A stretch of DNA of 64,000 nt. Origin: a virus (lineage: Duplodnaviria; Heunggongvirae; Uroviricota; Caudoviricetes). The notes beneath the pieces are model-generated. The model was not told the DNA's origin and made no database searches. It worked only from the letters and a program-made list of their open reading frames with translations. The DNA lies in IMG/VR virus record IMGVR_UViG_3300028591_000092, positions 43,662-107,661 of that record; one strand, 5' to 3'. Below are positions 39,777 to 50,542 of this stretch, piece after piece; positions within the stretch are counted from its first letter, which is position 1; each line of letters opens with the position of its first letter. The translations under genes and the position numbers were made by a program.

Positions 39777-40823
39777 TTACTTGTTAAATAATGAATCCAA
39801 GCCATAAGGATCTGATTTAGGCTTAGATGATTTCTTTATAATTGTCCTGGAAGACTTAGGTTCTTCCTTACGTCTTGCCTTAGCAAGTTCATTTTTAAAA
39901 TAATCTACTGTGGTATTAAAAGTATCTTCTCCATACTTCATAAACCACGCCATCTTAAATATGGCCTCTGGGTTAGACAGTAATTTAGAAAATTCTGTTC
40001 TACCCTGCGCATCTTCTTTTATTAAGAAATCTAATACTTCATTACGATCTGTATCTTCAAGTTCAACACCCTGAAGTTCTGTAGTATTGATAGCTGCAGA
40101 AGTAAGGGCTTGAATCAACTCTTGTTTCTCTGCTTCATGCTCTTGTTGAGCTTGTTGATCAGCAGCCTGCTTAGTAGCATCTTCTTGAGCTTTATACTGA
40201 TTTCTAATATAATTCATCTTTTTTGTGAAGAGCTCTTCGTTCTCTTTTGCACGCTCTAATTCAGCATCAATCTCCTCATTAGTAAGCTCTTCTCCGTATC
40301 TATTAATCATATCATAAGCAAACAACTCATCATCACTCATCTTATCTACCTCGTACTGAGGAGTAGAATTTTGCTCAAGATATTCTTTAATTGCTTGCTC
40401 TCTTTGCAATCTTGCAAAATCTGCAAGATTTATGTCATGATCTCGAAGATAATTAATGTCTTCTATTTCTTGATCTGTAATTGGTAATTCTTGTTGTTCA
40501 GACAGAATAGCCAATTTATCATCATCTTCCAAATCGTCAAATGCAACTTCTTCAGTAGTCCCATCTTCGTTTTGGACCTGTATCTTATTTCTATCTATGT
40601 TTTTACTTTTTAACAATTTTGTTAAAAAGTCATCTTTTTCTTCTTTGTGGTCTTGATCATCGTCCTCAAATCCGTATTCGTCATCGTCATGATACTCATA
40701 CTCTTCAGGAGAATGCTCTTCGTCTGTTTGTGTTTGAACCTCATCTTCCAGAGGCTCAGGAGTCTCATCTGGTTTGCCAAATAAGTCTAACTCCTCTTGT
40801 TGATAATACTGATCCTCAATCAT
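39777..40823 (-). CDS. Acidic scaffolding-like protein, 348 aa
   Basis: Very Asp/Glu-rich and coiled-coil-like. Lies directly upstream of the MCP. Confidence 0.75.
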   Translation of the reverse strand: MIEDQYYQQEELDLFGKPDETPEPLEDEVQTQTDEEHSPEEYEYHDDDEYGFEDDDQDHKEEKDDFLTKLLKSKNIDRNKIQVQNEDGTTEEVAFDDLEDDDKLAILSEQQELPITDQEIEDINYLRDHDINLADFARLQREQAIKEYLEQNSTPQYEVDKMSDDELFAYDMINRYGEELTNEEIDAELERAKENEELFTKKMNYIRNQYKAQEDATKQAADQQAQQEHEAEKQELIQALTSAAINTTELQGVELEDTDRNEVLDFLIKEDAQGRTEFSKLLSNPEAIFKMAWFMKYGEDTFNTTVDYFKNELAKARRKEEPKSSRTIIKKSSKPKSDPYGLDSLFNK

Positions 40824-40867
40824 AATACTTATTAATTCTTATTAAACATAATTTAGTTTTTAACATG

Positions 40868-40885
40868 CAAAGTTAATAAAAATAT
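40868..40885 (-). promoter_or_regulatory. Bacteroidota-type promoter for the capsid operon
   Basis: ATATTTTTATTAACTTTG, identical to 22218-22235, about 45 nt upstream of the scaffold ATG. Confidence 0.72.
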
Positions 40886-41004
40886 TTTAATTAAAAAACT
40901 AATTGATAATATTTTTATTACTTTGCGTTTAAACCATTACTATATACAATTATATTGTTTTCAGATAATACAACAAGCAGATTTTCTTTTTAAATACTGT
41001 TTAT

Positions 41005-41325
41005 TTATTGTATTTTATCTAAAATCAACATATTTCTAATTTTCTTGCTCGAAATATCTAAATCTGATTTTGTCCAGGATAATTCTTTAAACCCTAATTT
41101 TTTCTTTCCCTATGGAATCCACCCGTTTCTTATATATGTATCGAAAGTACTTCTGCTTACATTTAAATAAATACAAGCTTGTTCCTTACTAAGTTCTCTT
41201 TCAGTATTTAAACTATTTAATAAATCTATTGATTTCTATAATTCCTCGTCTGAGCAATCATATTTGTTTTGATCTATATCATCTGCAGTTTTTCTTAGTA
41301 ATGTTGAAAGTATCTTTTTTATCAT
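41005..41325 (-). CDS. Small HTH (excisionase/MerR-like) DNA-binding protein, 106 aa; absent from the ORF track
   Basis: LSKEQACIYLNVSRSTFDTYIRNGWIP[TAG]G is a winged-HTH pattern. Two in-frame TAG. The ATG overlaps the upstream TGA. Confidence 0.72.
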
Positions 41326-42077
41326 AATTCATATTTAGATTTGTCTGGAAACTGCTCTTTCAGCCATTCTGCTATATAAGAATTTTTAATAATAGCGGAA
41401 CTGCTGAAACATTCTCTTCCTGAAATTTTTTCAAAAAATTCCTATTTATCAACGCCCCATTTTATTTTCCTATCCTTTCTATAAATAAATTCAAATGGTT
41501 CTATTGATAACCTATAATTATTAATTAAGCATGTCGGCTCACAGCCTTCCTACATAGTGTAAGACTCCTTAATAATATTCTAAAAAATAGAATGTTTCCA
41601 CAATCTTGAATTAAAGTGTGTATTACCATGCCAAGCAAAGTGATATGCAGGAAGATTGTATTTTTTTAATAATGTTCGTGTGCTTAATAAAGTAGTATGA
41701 TATAAATAATGCTTATCATCTTTTTTTATTTCGCTTGGCAATTCTTTTCCTCTCCAATATACAGGATAGTTATTAAAATCAGTTTCTTTTATATAAAAAT
41801 GATCATCGGAACTATATAAAAAATCACCATTATCATTTATTCCAATGTCGGTTGTTTTAATAACAACATCAATAACATGAATAATGTTATAATGTTTTGT
41901 TGTAGTAATATCTTTCACAGGAATTTTTATAACATTATCATTTAAAAAATCTGGAATATATCCAGCAACAAAAACTCTGTCTACATTTAATCCATATTTA
42001 TCAATACCTCTTAATGAATATTTTAATTCATTATTATCCCAGGTACTGCCTTTACCTATTACATATAAAATATCCAT
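41322..42077 (-). CDS. Stealth-family-like sugar-phosphate transferase, 251 aa
   Basis: NNELKYSLRGIDKY...FLYSSDDHF resembles Stealth CR2, and the C-terminal QFPDKSKYE resembles CR4. The CR4-like end is reached only by reading through TAG at 41580. Confidence 0.58.
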
Positions 42078-42937
42078 TACTTATAAAATTTACCATTTTC
42101 ATAACACAATACGGGCTTCCCGCTAATTTCAAATATAGTTTCAGCTTGCTTAGGATCACTTTCAATAAACATGCTTGCCCATGAGGAATCCCGATATATC
42201 CTTCCTTTATATTTACCTGGACTACAAGCCATATTTCTAGATTCTCTATCTGTAGCATCAAACATATAAAGCATATTATATTTGATATTATGCTCTTTTA
42301 ACCATTGCTCTGTTATATCTCTATATTTCTCTAATCTATAAGTACATATTGCTCCAATCGTGTTAGAAGGAACAATCATAGGAATAGCATTCTTTATGTA
42401 TTCTTCGTATTGTTCTGTATGTTTGTCATTAGGAGGGTTTTTGCAAAGAACCCCATCCATATCGAACATTAATTTCTGAGATCTTTTATTTCCATGTTGA
42501 AATATATTCTACTCATACATAAATTTATCAAAAACAGCTTTATCTTTTGTGTCTTCTAAAAATATATCAACCTTTTCTGTTGCATCTTTGCCTTCTGCAT
42601 AAACACAACTATATAGTATTTCATATTTATTTTTAAGATCTTTTAATCTGTCTTTGACCTCTTCTAATGCATGTCCACTATAAACAGTATCATCTATAAC
42701 TAACACCTTTCCTTCTTTACCAGCTCGTAAATAATTCCCTTTTCTTCCACAGGACATTATTTTTCCCTCTATAAAGGAATCTAAATCTGTTACTCTCTTA
42801 TTTAAGAACTCTGCAATCATTAAAGCAGGAATCATACCACTTCTAGGAATACCTACTATTAAATCAATGTCTTCAGGAATTTTCCACAAATTCTTTCTTA
42901 TAGTGTTAGCAATATCTTCATAACTTACATATATCAT
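42077..42937 (-). CDS. Type I phosphoribosyltransferase fused to a HAD-superfamily phosphatase, 286 aa
   Basis: PRT: IVGIPRSG and VLVIDDTVYSG. HAD: FDMDGVL, CTYR, FIESD. Track ORFs 42509..42937 and 42077..42469 are in frame, with one TAG at 42509. Confidence 0.75.
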
Positions 42938-43266
42938 AAAACAATTTTCTTTTTATAAATTCCGTATAAAATTAAAAGTGTAAATATTATCAGAAATATA
43001 TATACTACATAAGTATAACAAAAGAAAGTTATAAATAAAGTACTATAAAATACAGACCAAAGTAATAATCTGTGATAAGAACAATATCCAAGAGCCTTAG
43101 ATGCCATCAATATTCCTAAAATAGGCAGGCAACTCACCAGAGGATAGTCTATCATCAACTTTATTGTTAAAAAATCTATCAAAATGATAACTTGGAGACT
43201 TATAATCAAAATCGGAAGTACTTTTAGAAACTTCAGGAAGAGTTTCTTTAATAGTGAGATAGTCAT
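42934..43266 (-). CDS. Small multi-pass membrane protein, 110 aa
   Basis: Three to four hydrophobic segments. The TGA overlaps the PRT-HAD ATG (ATGA). Confidence 0.65.
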   Translation of the reverse strand: MTISLLKKLFLKFLKVLPILIISLQVIILIDFLTIKLMIDYPLVSCLPILGILMASKALGYCSYHRLLLWSVFYSTLFITFFCYTYVVYIFLIIFTLLILYGIYKKKIVL

Positions 43267-43417
43267 TAATAGGATTTTTTATTTTTGAGAATAATTCTTG
43301 TAAATCAGATATAAACATTAAGTCTCTTGATTTTGGCTTTTTATATTTTCCATCAAGATACATATAATGATTGTCTGTATTTCGTTCTTTATTAAAATAC
43401 TCTAAATAATTTTTCAT
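43097..43417 (-). CDS. Hypothetical protein, 106 aa
   Basis: ATG 5 nt after the upstream TAA. Overlaps the membrane gene by 170 nt in another frame. Confidence 0.4.
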   Translation of the reverse strand: MKNYLEYFNKERNTDNHYMYLDGKYKKPKSRDLMFISDLQELFSKIKNPINDYLTIKETLPEVSKSTSDFDYKSPSYHFDRFFNNKVDDRLSSGELPAYFRNIDGI

Positions 43418-43421
43418 AATT

Positions 43422-44330
43422 TTAATCATCTAAAGAACTATGTTCTGTCCAACCAGGCGGAATACCATTTATATCATTTGGAAAAGCATATCCTCCTAAA
43501 TTATAAATATCACCAGTTGAAGACGCGGCATTTAACCAGCCAGCACATGGCATTGTCCCTCCATTAAACGGATACTAAATATAGGATATAATTTTTTTAA
43601 TTCTAGTGCATCCATTAAAAATATATGGAAAAGCATTTGTATAAAACCATTTAATATAAATTCGTCCTTCTAATAAATTAGTACAATTATTAAATACGGC
43701 ACCATAACACCAATACCCTGCAAATGCTTGATTCGGGGAAGGGCATGTTATTGTAGGACCATCTATTAATGAAGTACAATAATTGAAAAGATTATTAAGA
43801 CACTGCTCGACAGATAATACTTTTCCTATATCTAATTTATTAGCTAAAACAATATTTTTACAATTTTGAAACATACTTACACATAAATACGTATATTTCA
43901 TTCTTTTCACTGTTGCCCCATTTGAAGTAGCAATTATAATAGCATTCTAAAATAAAGAGCTAAAATCCCCGCTCAATTCTATTTTTCCTCCTATTTGATC
44001 CCCATTAAGGTCTGTTGAAATAAATCTTGGTGTTAATCTGGTGTTTACTCCACCAGTAGAATCTGCAGAAACTCCGTCAGCAACAGTACTTCTCCAATAA
44101 ATATGTTGCCCCTAATTTATATATATAACAGTATTTCCCTCTCCACAAACATTCCAATTTCTTTCGTCAAGCCAATTATCTGCTGTACAATATTCACAAA
44201 TATAGTTATTATTTCCAGTTCCATGATTCATTCTAATACCACTATTAGTAATAGCAGTCATCGTGAATCCTGTATAAGGAGGAATAAACATTTCTTTACG
44301 GCGAAGAAGTGAAGATATAGTATTATTCAT
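43422..44330 (-). CDS. BspA/LRR-like repeat surface protein (MFxxCxxL-type repeats), 302 aa
   Basis: SMFQNCKNI, NLFNYCTSL, AVFNNCTNL, YIFNGCTRI repeats and a GIPPGWT end. Track ORFs 44112..44330 and 43575..43910 are in frame. Confidence 0.62.
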
Positions 44331-44691
44331 TTTCTATTATTTGTCTAGCATATTCTTTTGCATCTTCTCTAACTTGCATATAAGTATTATAATCTTCTTC
44401 ATGCAAAGTAGGACTTACAGCATAATTATTTATAACAGCTAATTCAGCACCATAAGTAGGATAACCATGTGTTCTTATGTAATCTTCTACTAAATCAGAA
44501 TAAGAAGGAGTATATTGACCTTCATCACTATCAGATTCAGAATCTTCATAAATTTCCCATCCTAAAGATAAGAAATCTTCAAGAAGAGGATTAGATACTT
44601 GTCTATTGCCAATGATTACTGTAGTTATAACTTTACCATTTTGAACATCGAAGGCTTTTATTTCGCCATTTTTTATAAAATATTTTACCAT
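44323..44691 (-). CDS. Small tail-fibre-associated (chaperone-like) protein, 122 aa
   Basis: Intact ORF following a fibre gene. Confidence 0.55.
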   Translation of the reverse strand: MVKYFIKNGEIKAFDVQNGKVITTVIIGNRQVSNPLLEDFLSLGWEIYEDSESDSDEGQYTPSYSDLVEDYIRTHGYPTYGAELAVINNYAVSPTLHEEDYNTYMQVREDAKEYARQIIENE

Positions 44692-44723
44692 GATTAATTA
44701 TTTTATAATAATTCATTTTTTAT

Positions 44724-47585
44724 TTAATTTATTGGAGTCCAATTAGTCCCATCAGGTAATTCATAACCAATAGTCCATGTGCTTGATGGATTTTGAATAA
44801 TTCCTGTTTGCATATTTATCATTCCTGCTGTATTACCTCTTATAAATGGAAGATACTAATACTCATTATTTTGAGAATCATATAATTCTATATGTGAGAA
44901 AGCACAATAATTAGGTCTATTTAAATTTCCATTATTAGCAAATACTATTTGAGTAGCATTATTTGTAGATAAAGCAGCAGATCCAGAATAAGTAAATTTC
45001 TCAGAGCCATTTACATTAATTTTTCCATTTAAAACTTCATATTCAACAAGTTTATTTGTTGAAGTAGGAAGAGTAGTTGCAATTTGAACAGTTCTAATTC
45101 GAATATAAGCTACTGTCTAATTATCCTAAAATGCACCAATTGTAAAATCATCAAGAGAACCACCAACATATGAAGCATATCCTGATTTATTTCCGGTAAC
45201 TCTCATACCAAATTTTAATCCATATAAATTGGATTCATTAATAGGCATTGATAAATATCCACTACCATCTGAAATAATTTTTCTTATTGGCATAGATACA
45301 CCTTGTGGGTGCAAATTAAGATTACATATAAATAATGGGTCTTCATTAATATAATTTACTAAAGCTGCTACATTTAAATTTACTGATGTTCGCAAATAAT
45401 CATATACAGCAATAATAACTTTTTCTCCATCATCATTTCCAAATGCTGACATAATAGCCTATTTAGTAACAGAATTAAGATATATTAAAGGAGTAATACA
45501 TGTATATATTGCAATATTATTTAAAATGCTTACCTCATAAATATTGTCAATTACTAAGATAGGAGATAATCCATAAGCCCAAATAATTCCGTTAGGCCAA
45601 GTAATTGTTGGAACAGAATCCACTTCAATAAAAAAGTGATATTCATTTACTTTGTTTGAAACAGGAGTTCCTAGAGTAAGAGCTAAATCGTTGGTTCTAG
45701 ATGCAAAATAATACACAACATTAGGAGATAATTCTTGAGATAATACAGTATCTGCTACAGTTACCTAATTTTGTAATAATGAATCTTCTATATTAGCAAT
45801 AGTTTCTTGTAAAGTAGCAGTATCAGCAGGAGCGCCTGTTTCGTTTTTAATATGTATTCCATCGTATTTAACACCGTAAAGATACATATCGCCGTTTTGC
45901 ATTACTTCAACGGCATTCTTTCTTACATTAGAAGAACCTATACCAATTGAATGTTGTGTAGCATTAGCAGAACCAAATGTAGAATTTATATGCGAAACAT
46001 TTAAGCTACCTTCAGCGTGTTCTGTAGAATTATTTGTTATGGTGTTATATCCTTCGCTGTGTGATTGATTACCATTTGCAGTAGTAGTATTACCTTCTGC
46101 GTGTGAACTATCACCATTGGCAATTGTTAAGTTACCCTCTGCGTGTGAACCCATACCTTTTGCTAAAGTTTTGACTCCTTCAGCGTGTGCAGCACCGCCT
46201 TTAGATAAAGTCAACCTGCCTTCACTATGTGCAGCAACTCCATTGGCAATTGTAGCGTTACCCTCTGCGTGTGCATAAGCACCTGCACCTGTTGCAGTTC
46301 CTGCGGTTTTGGTATTAGTAGTAGCGTTTCCACCAGTATCACATAAATATCCTTCTGAATGTGAAGATTCAGCAGATGAAAGTGTATAACATGTACTTCC
46401 TTCTGCATGTGAATGTGCTCCATGACTACGTGTTTGTCTTCCTTCCGCATGAGAATAAGCACCTGTTGATTGTGTTAGTATACCTTCTGCATGGGAATTA
46501 ACGCCTGATGCTATCGTAGTGTTGCCCTCGGCATGAGAGTTATCCCCGCTAGCAAGTGTTTTTAATCCTTCACTATGGGCTGCTATACCATTTGCAATTG
46601 TGGTATTACCCTCTGCATGGGCATATGTTCCAGATATAGTACTTGTGCCAGCAGTTTTAGTATTACTTGTATATGTACCACCGGTTTCTGTATTATATCC
46701 TTCGGCATGAGCAGCTTGCCCGGCTGCAATTGTTAACCATCCTTCTGCATGTGCAGAAGAGGCCTTTGTACGACTTTGAAATCCTTCTACATGAGACTAA
46801 TTAGCTTCAGCAACAGTATTATATCCTTCAGCATGACTATCTGTTCCAATAGCCAAAGTAATTCTTCCTTCAGAATGAGAGTTTAATCCTCTTGCTATTG
46901 TAGCATTACCTTCGGCATGAGCGTAAGAACCAGATGCAGTTAATCCTCCTGCTGTTTTAGTGTTGGAAGTAGCGGTTCCGCCAGTTTCACACTTATGCCC
47001 CTGGGCAGAAGAATAGTGCCCGTTTGCAACAGACTAATATCCTGTAGAAAGAACAGCGTTTCCACTGCCATAGCAATTATTTCCAATATATGCTGACTGT
47101 TTATTAGGATTAACATTAAATCCAGTATTATAAGCCACACCACTCAACATGTTTGAGGTTGTATTGCTGATAGTACTAGTAGAAAATAAAAGAGAGTAGG
47201 TCCCGTCTGTAGTTATATTACCATATCTAACTCTATTCGATGGATCTAAAATCCATCCTCCCGTAATATCATCTCTAACAAGAGTAGAATCATATACTAA
47301 TAAATAAGTATAATCTGGTTTTAATATAGACAGCTATACTCCTCCTCCTAATTCCCATATATATTTTACTCCTAAACTATTAACATTTAAAGTGGGGTCT
47401 ACAGAACTATTTGTAATATTAAATTTAACAGCAATAACTGTGCCATCTGTCAAACTTACTTCTGGGGAAACAGTTACAGTATATGCCGATCCGTCGCCAG
47501 AAGTAATTCCATATGGAATAGCACTGGCTTTAATGTTATACTCAGTGCCTTCAGGAGTTTGTATTTTCGATATATAATCAGCCAT
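44724..47585 (-). CDS. Tail fibre/adhesin with YadA/Hep_Hag-like (S/A)HAEG repeats, 953 aa
   Basis: Single frame from MADYISKIQ to TAA at 44724. About 20 fourteen-residue xxHAEGxxTxAxG repeats between ~47040 and 45960. Confidence 0.8.
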
Positions 47586-47594
47586 AAATTAAAA

Positions 47595-48989
47595 TTAAGA
47601 TACTGTAAGTGAAGTAGAAGTATGTGTAATAGATCCGCTAGTAGAAGTTGTTCCAGTACTCACGGCAGTAACAATGTCTACTGTAGTAGCGTCTGATGTA
47701 GTAGGAGTGCTAAGCGTAATAGTAGGTTGAGTGCTCAACGAAATAGCTGTAGCAGCGTTTGCTGTAGTTGGAGTGCCAAGATCTGTAATAGCTTGAGATG
47801 TCTGAGCTGTACCAAGGCCAGTCATAACAGTAGCACCATTTACATCTGTAGAATCAAGAGTTCCGTCAGCAACAGTCTTGTCTGTACCAGCTCCTGCACA
47901 AGATAAAGCAGTTCCAAGAGTAACCTTAGAAGATTCAACACTATCATTAGAACTTACTACAGGAACAGTAACATCTGCGAATGTGTAAGGAGTAATCGAA
48001 GCTGTATTAGAATCAGCTGGAATAATTGATTTGGTACTTAATGGTTTAAATGTGAATGATAAAGTTTCATTCGATACTGTAGCTCCCCACATAGGAGTAT
48101 CAGCAGTTCTAGTAGATGTTTCAGCGCCAAGAGTACCACTAGCAACATCTGTAGAAGTTCCTTTCTTTGCAACAGTAATTGCAGTGCCTGCAGTAGCTTT
48201 AGAAGCAGTTGTAGCAGTACCGAATACAGTATTAGTTGCAGTTACAGTAGTGTTTCCAGTTACATTAGGAACGGAAACTGCATTGCCCGCAGATTTAACT
48301 GTAATGGTTTTTAATTTACTTGTAGTTCCAGGATAAGATGTTACAAATGAAGTTTTAGAGTGAGTTCCAAAACCAGTAATTGCTGCTGCTGTACTTGTAA
48401 TAGTAGCAGCTCCACCGGAAGCAGTTGCTTTGAGATGGTTAGTTGTTGGAGTAATTGTAGGAATTGTTACGCTAACTGCTGTTGCTTTGTCATAATTGCC
48501 AGTAGCAGTATCTTTGAAAGCTAAAGCTTTTAAAGCGCCAGTTGAACCAAACTCATTCCAAGTTGCTCCACTCCAAACATATTCTTTCTGATTCTATCCT
48601 GTTCCAGAAATAACTACTGCACCGGCATCATCTGCTGTAAGAGTTACTTCATCCCCATCAATAGTAATAGTAGCTGTTGTAGAGCCGTCTTCAAGTGTTG
48701 TACTAGTAACACCAATATAATGCATTACGCCAGAAACTATGCTTTTTAATGATTTTAATTCTGTATCAATTGTGGTTGCTTCTTTTATAACGGCTGTCCA
48801 ACCAGTATTAGCAGAAGCAGTAATATCTGCTTTTACTCTATATAACACATCATCTTTTGTTACTAAATCACCAGTAGTATATGCGACAGCAGTAGTATAT
48901 TCTTTAGATGTGATCATCTACCTAGTTAACTCATCATAAATAATATAAGTTGTACCACTAGGTAAGGTAATTTGTTTAATTCTTGCCAT
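47595..48989 (-). CDS. Thr/Ala-rich tail fibre-like protein, 464 aa
   Basis: MARIKQITLPSG start with two in-frame TAG. Track ORFs 48594..48917 and 47595..48092 are in frame. Confidence 0.7.
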
Positions 48990-48990
48990 G

Positions 48991-49320
48991 TTAATTTCTA
49001 TTAATTATTAATGTTTCTCTTATATAGTCGCAATTTATTTTATTATTCCATCTTTCTCTTTCTTCTTGAGTTATATGGACCTCTTGATCAGATAAGTGAT
49101 CTAGTAATTTTTGTCTAAGTACTGCATCTACAAACGGAAGGTCTATACAATAAGCTAGGCCATCTCCAATCTTCAATCCAGGAACATCATTACCATTTTC
49201 ATCCTTCTCTCTATCAGTATATATAATTATTTCTCCTTTTAAAGGAATAAAATTTAGACGTGAGTTCCAGTTTGCAGTAGTATCTCTCTTTGATTGAATT
49301 CTTGTTTCAAGTGTTTTCAT
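48991..49320 (-). CDS. Mtd_N/hyaluronidase-N-like tail fibre domain protein, 109 aa
   Basis: RIQSKRDTTANW...GEIIIYTD...KIGDG...DLPF motif. The ATG at 49320 overlaps the upstream TGA. Confidence 0.7.
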   Translation of the reverse strand: MKTLETRIQSKRDTTANWNSRLNFIPLKGEIIIYTDREKDENGNDVPGLKIGDGLAYCIDLPFVDAVLRQKLLDHLSDQEVHITQEERERWNNKINCDYIRETLIINRN

Positions 49321-49868
49321 ATAATTTCTGTAGAGGAACCACAATCCAATATAAAATATTCATGTTGATTTAAATCTTTAACATCTCCAGAATATGCTAT
49401 TGGAGCCAAACTTTTAAGATCTTGTTTGTATATAAACAACAATGATTTATATAACAAAGATACTAAATATAAATAATCCTCTTTTGTATAATTATTAGGA
49501 CTTGTATCAAATCTAATAAGTAATTCTGACAAGAATTTCTTTAATTCTTCTATATCTTCAATTATAGTATATTCACCCTCTTTGAATAAGTTAGAATCGC
49601 ATTCTTCAACTTGTAAAGGATTAAATACAGCCTGCAATTCCTCAAAATATCGAGGAATTTGCTCAACAGGATTTTCTTGTTCTTCTAAATCTTCAGAAAT
49701 ATCAGTAATTACTTTTATCGCTTCTGTTTGATCTAAAATAATAGCATTTTCTGGAAAATTAGTACATAACGGACGTTTCGTCTAAACGAAATTATCATGC
49801 ACTGGAATTTCGGTATCAGAAGGAATGATTTTTATTTTAGATACGTCTATTATGTTAATGTCTTCCAT
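49317..49868 (-). CDS. Tail-associated hypothetical protein, 183 aa
   Basis: MEDINIIDVSK start with one TAG. Contains IRFDTSPNNYTKEDY and LAPIAYSGDVKDL. Confidence 0.65.
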
Positions 49869-50542
49869 TAAGTAGTTGGATTTAAAATGCTTAATTTTAA
49901 TTCTTTAATATAATAATTTCTTCCTACAGACTAACTGTTTGGGCATGGGAAAATAACAAGATTTGAATAACTTTTAGCTCTTGAAATAATATTGCTCAAC
50001 ATTGTTATATTTCCTTTAGTGCTTCTACTTATTAATAACTAATCATTTAGCCATATTTCTGCAGTTCGGGAAGTTGTTCCAATCTAACGATATATGTGTT
50101 TATATACAGCTGTTGTGCCATATTGAACATAATTTCTTAACGTTGTCCATTCTGTTGAATAATTATAATTCCAACTAGAAGAATTACAATCAAATCCAAG
50201 CCCAACACCGTTCCAAAAATCATCTCTAGCGGTAGAAATAGGCAGGAAATAAGTTTCAATCAAGAACTAATGTTCTTGAGTAAAAGAAGAAATATCGTAT
50301 GTTTTTAATAAACTTCTTATTAATGACATTCTAGCAGCACCATTACATCTATTTCCTGACCCACTTCGTTTCTATAAACAATTATAAGTGGTATTATAAA
50401 TTCCAGCAGAATCTAAATTTATAGTAGCCCCGCTGGCGGCATCATACATAGTAGGAGAATCAAATTTACCATCAAATAAAACAAGAGAATTATCAGAAGG
50501 TTCGGATACTGCCTATAATAAATTACTTCTAAAATTAATCAT
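49868..50542 (-). CDS. Hypothetical (beta-rich) tail-region protein, 224 aa; absent from the ORF track
   Basis: MINFRSNLL[TAG]AVSEP... is open to TAA at 49868 only with TAG readthrough (six TAG). Coupled at both ends. Confidence 0.62.

Noticed and set aside
21435-47143. Alternative-frame minus-strand ORFs 21435..21620, 31340..31552, 38565..38750, 42052..42261, 46211..46462, 46940..47143
   Set aside because: They are largely or wholly nested in longer code-15 genes in another frame and have no independent support.
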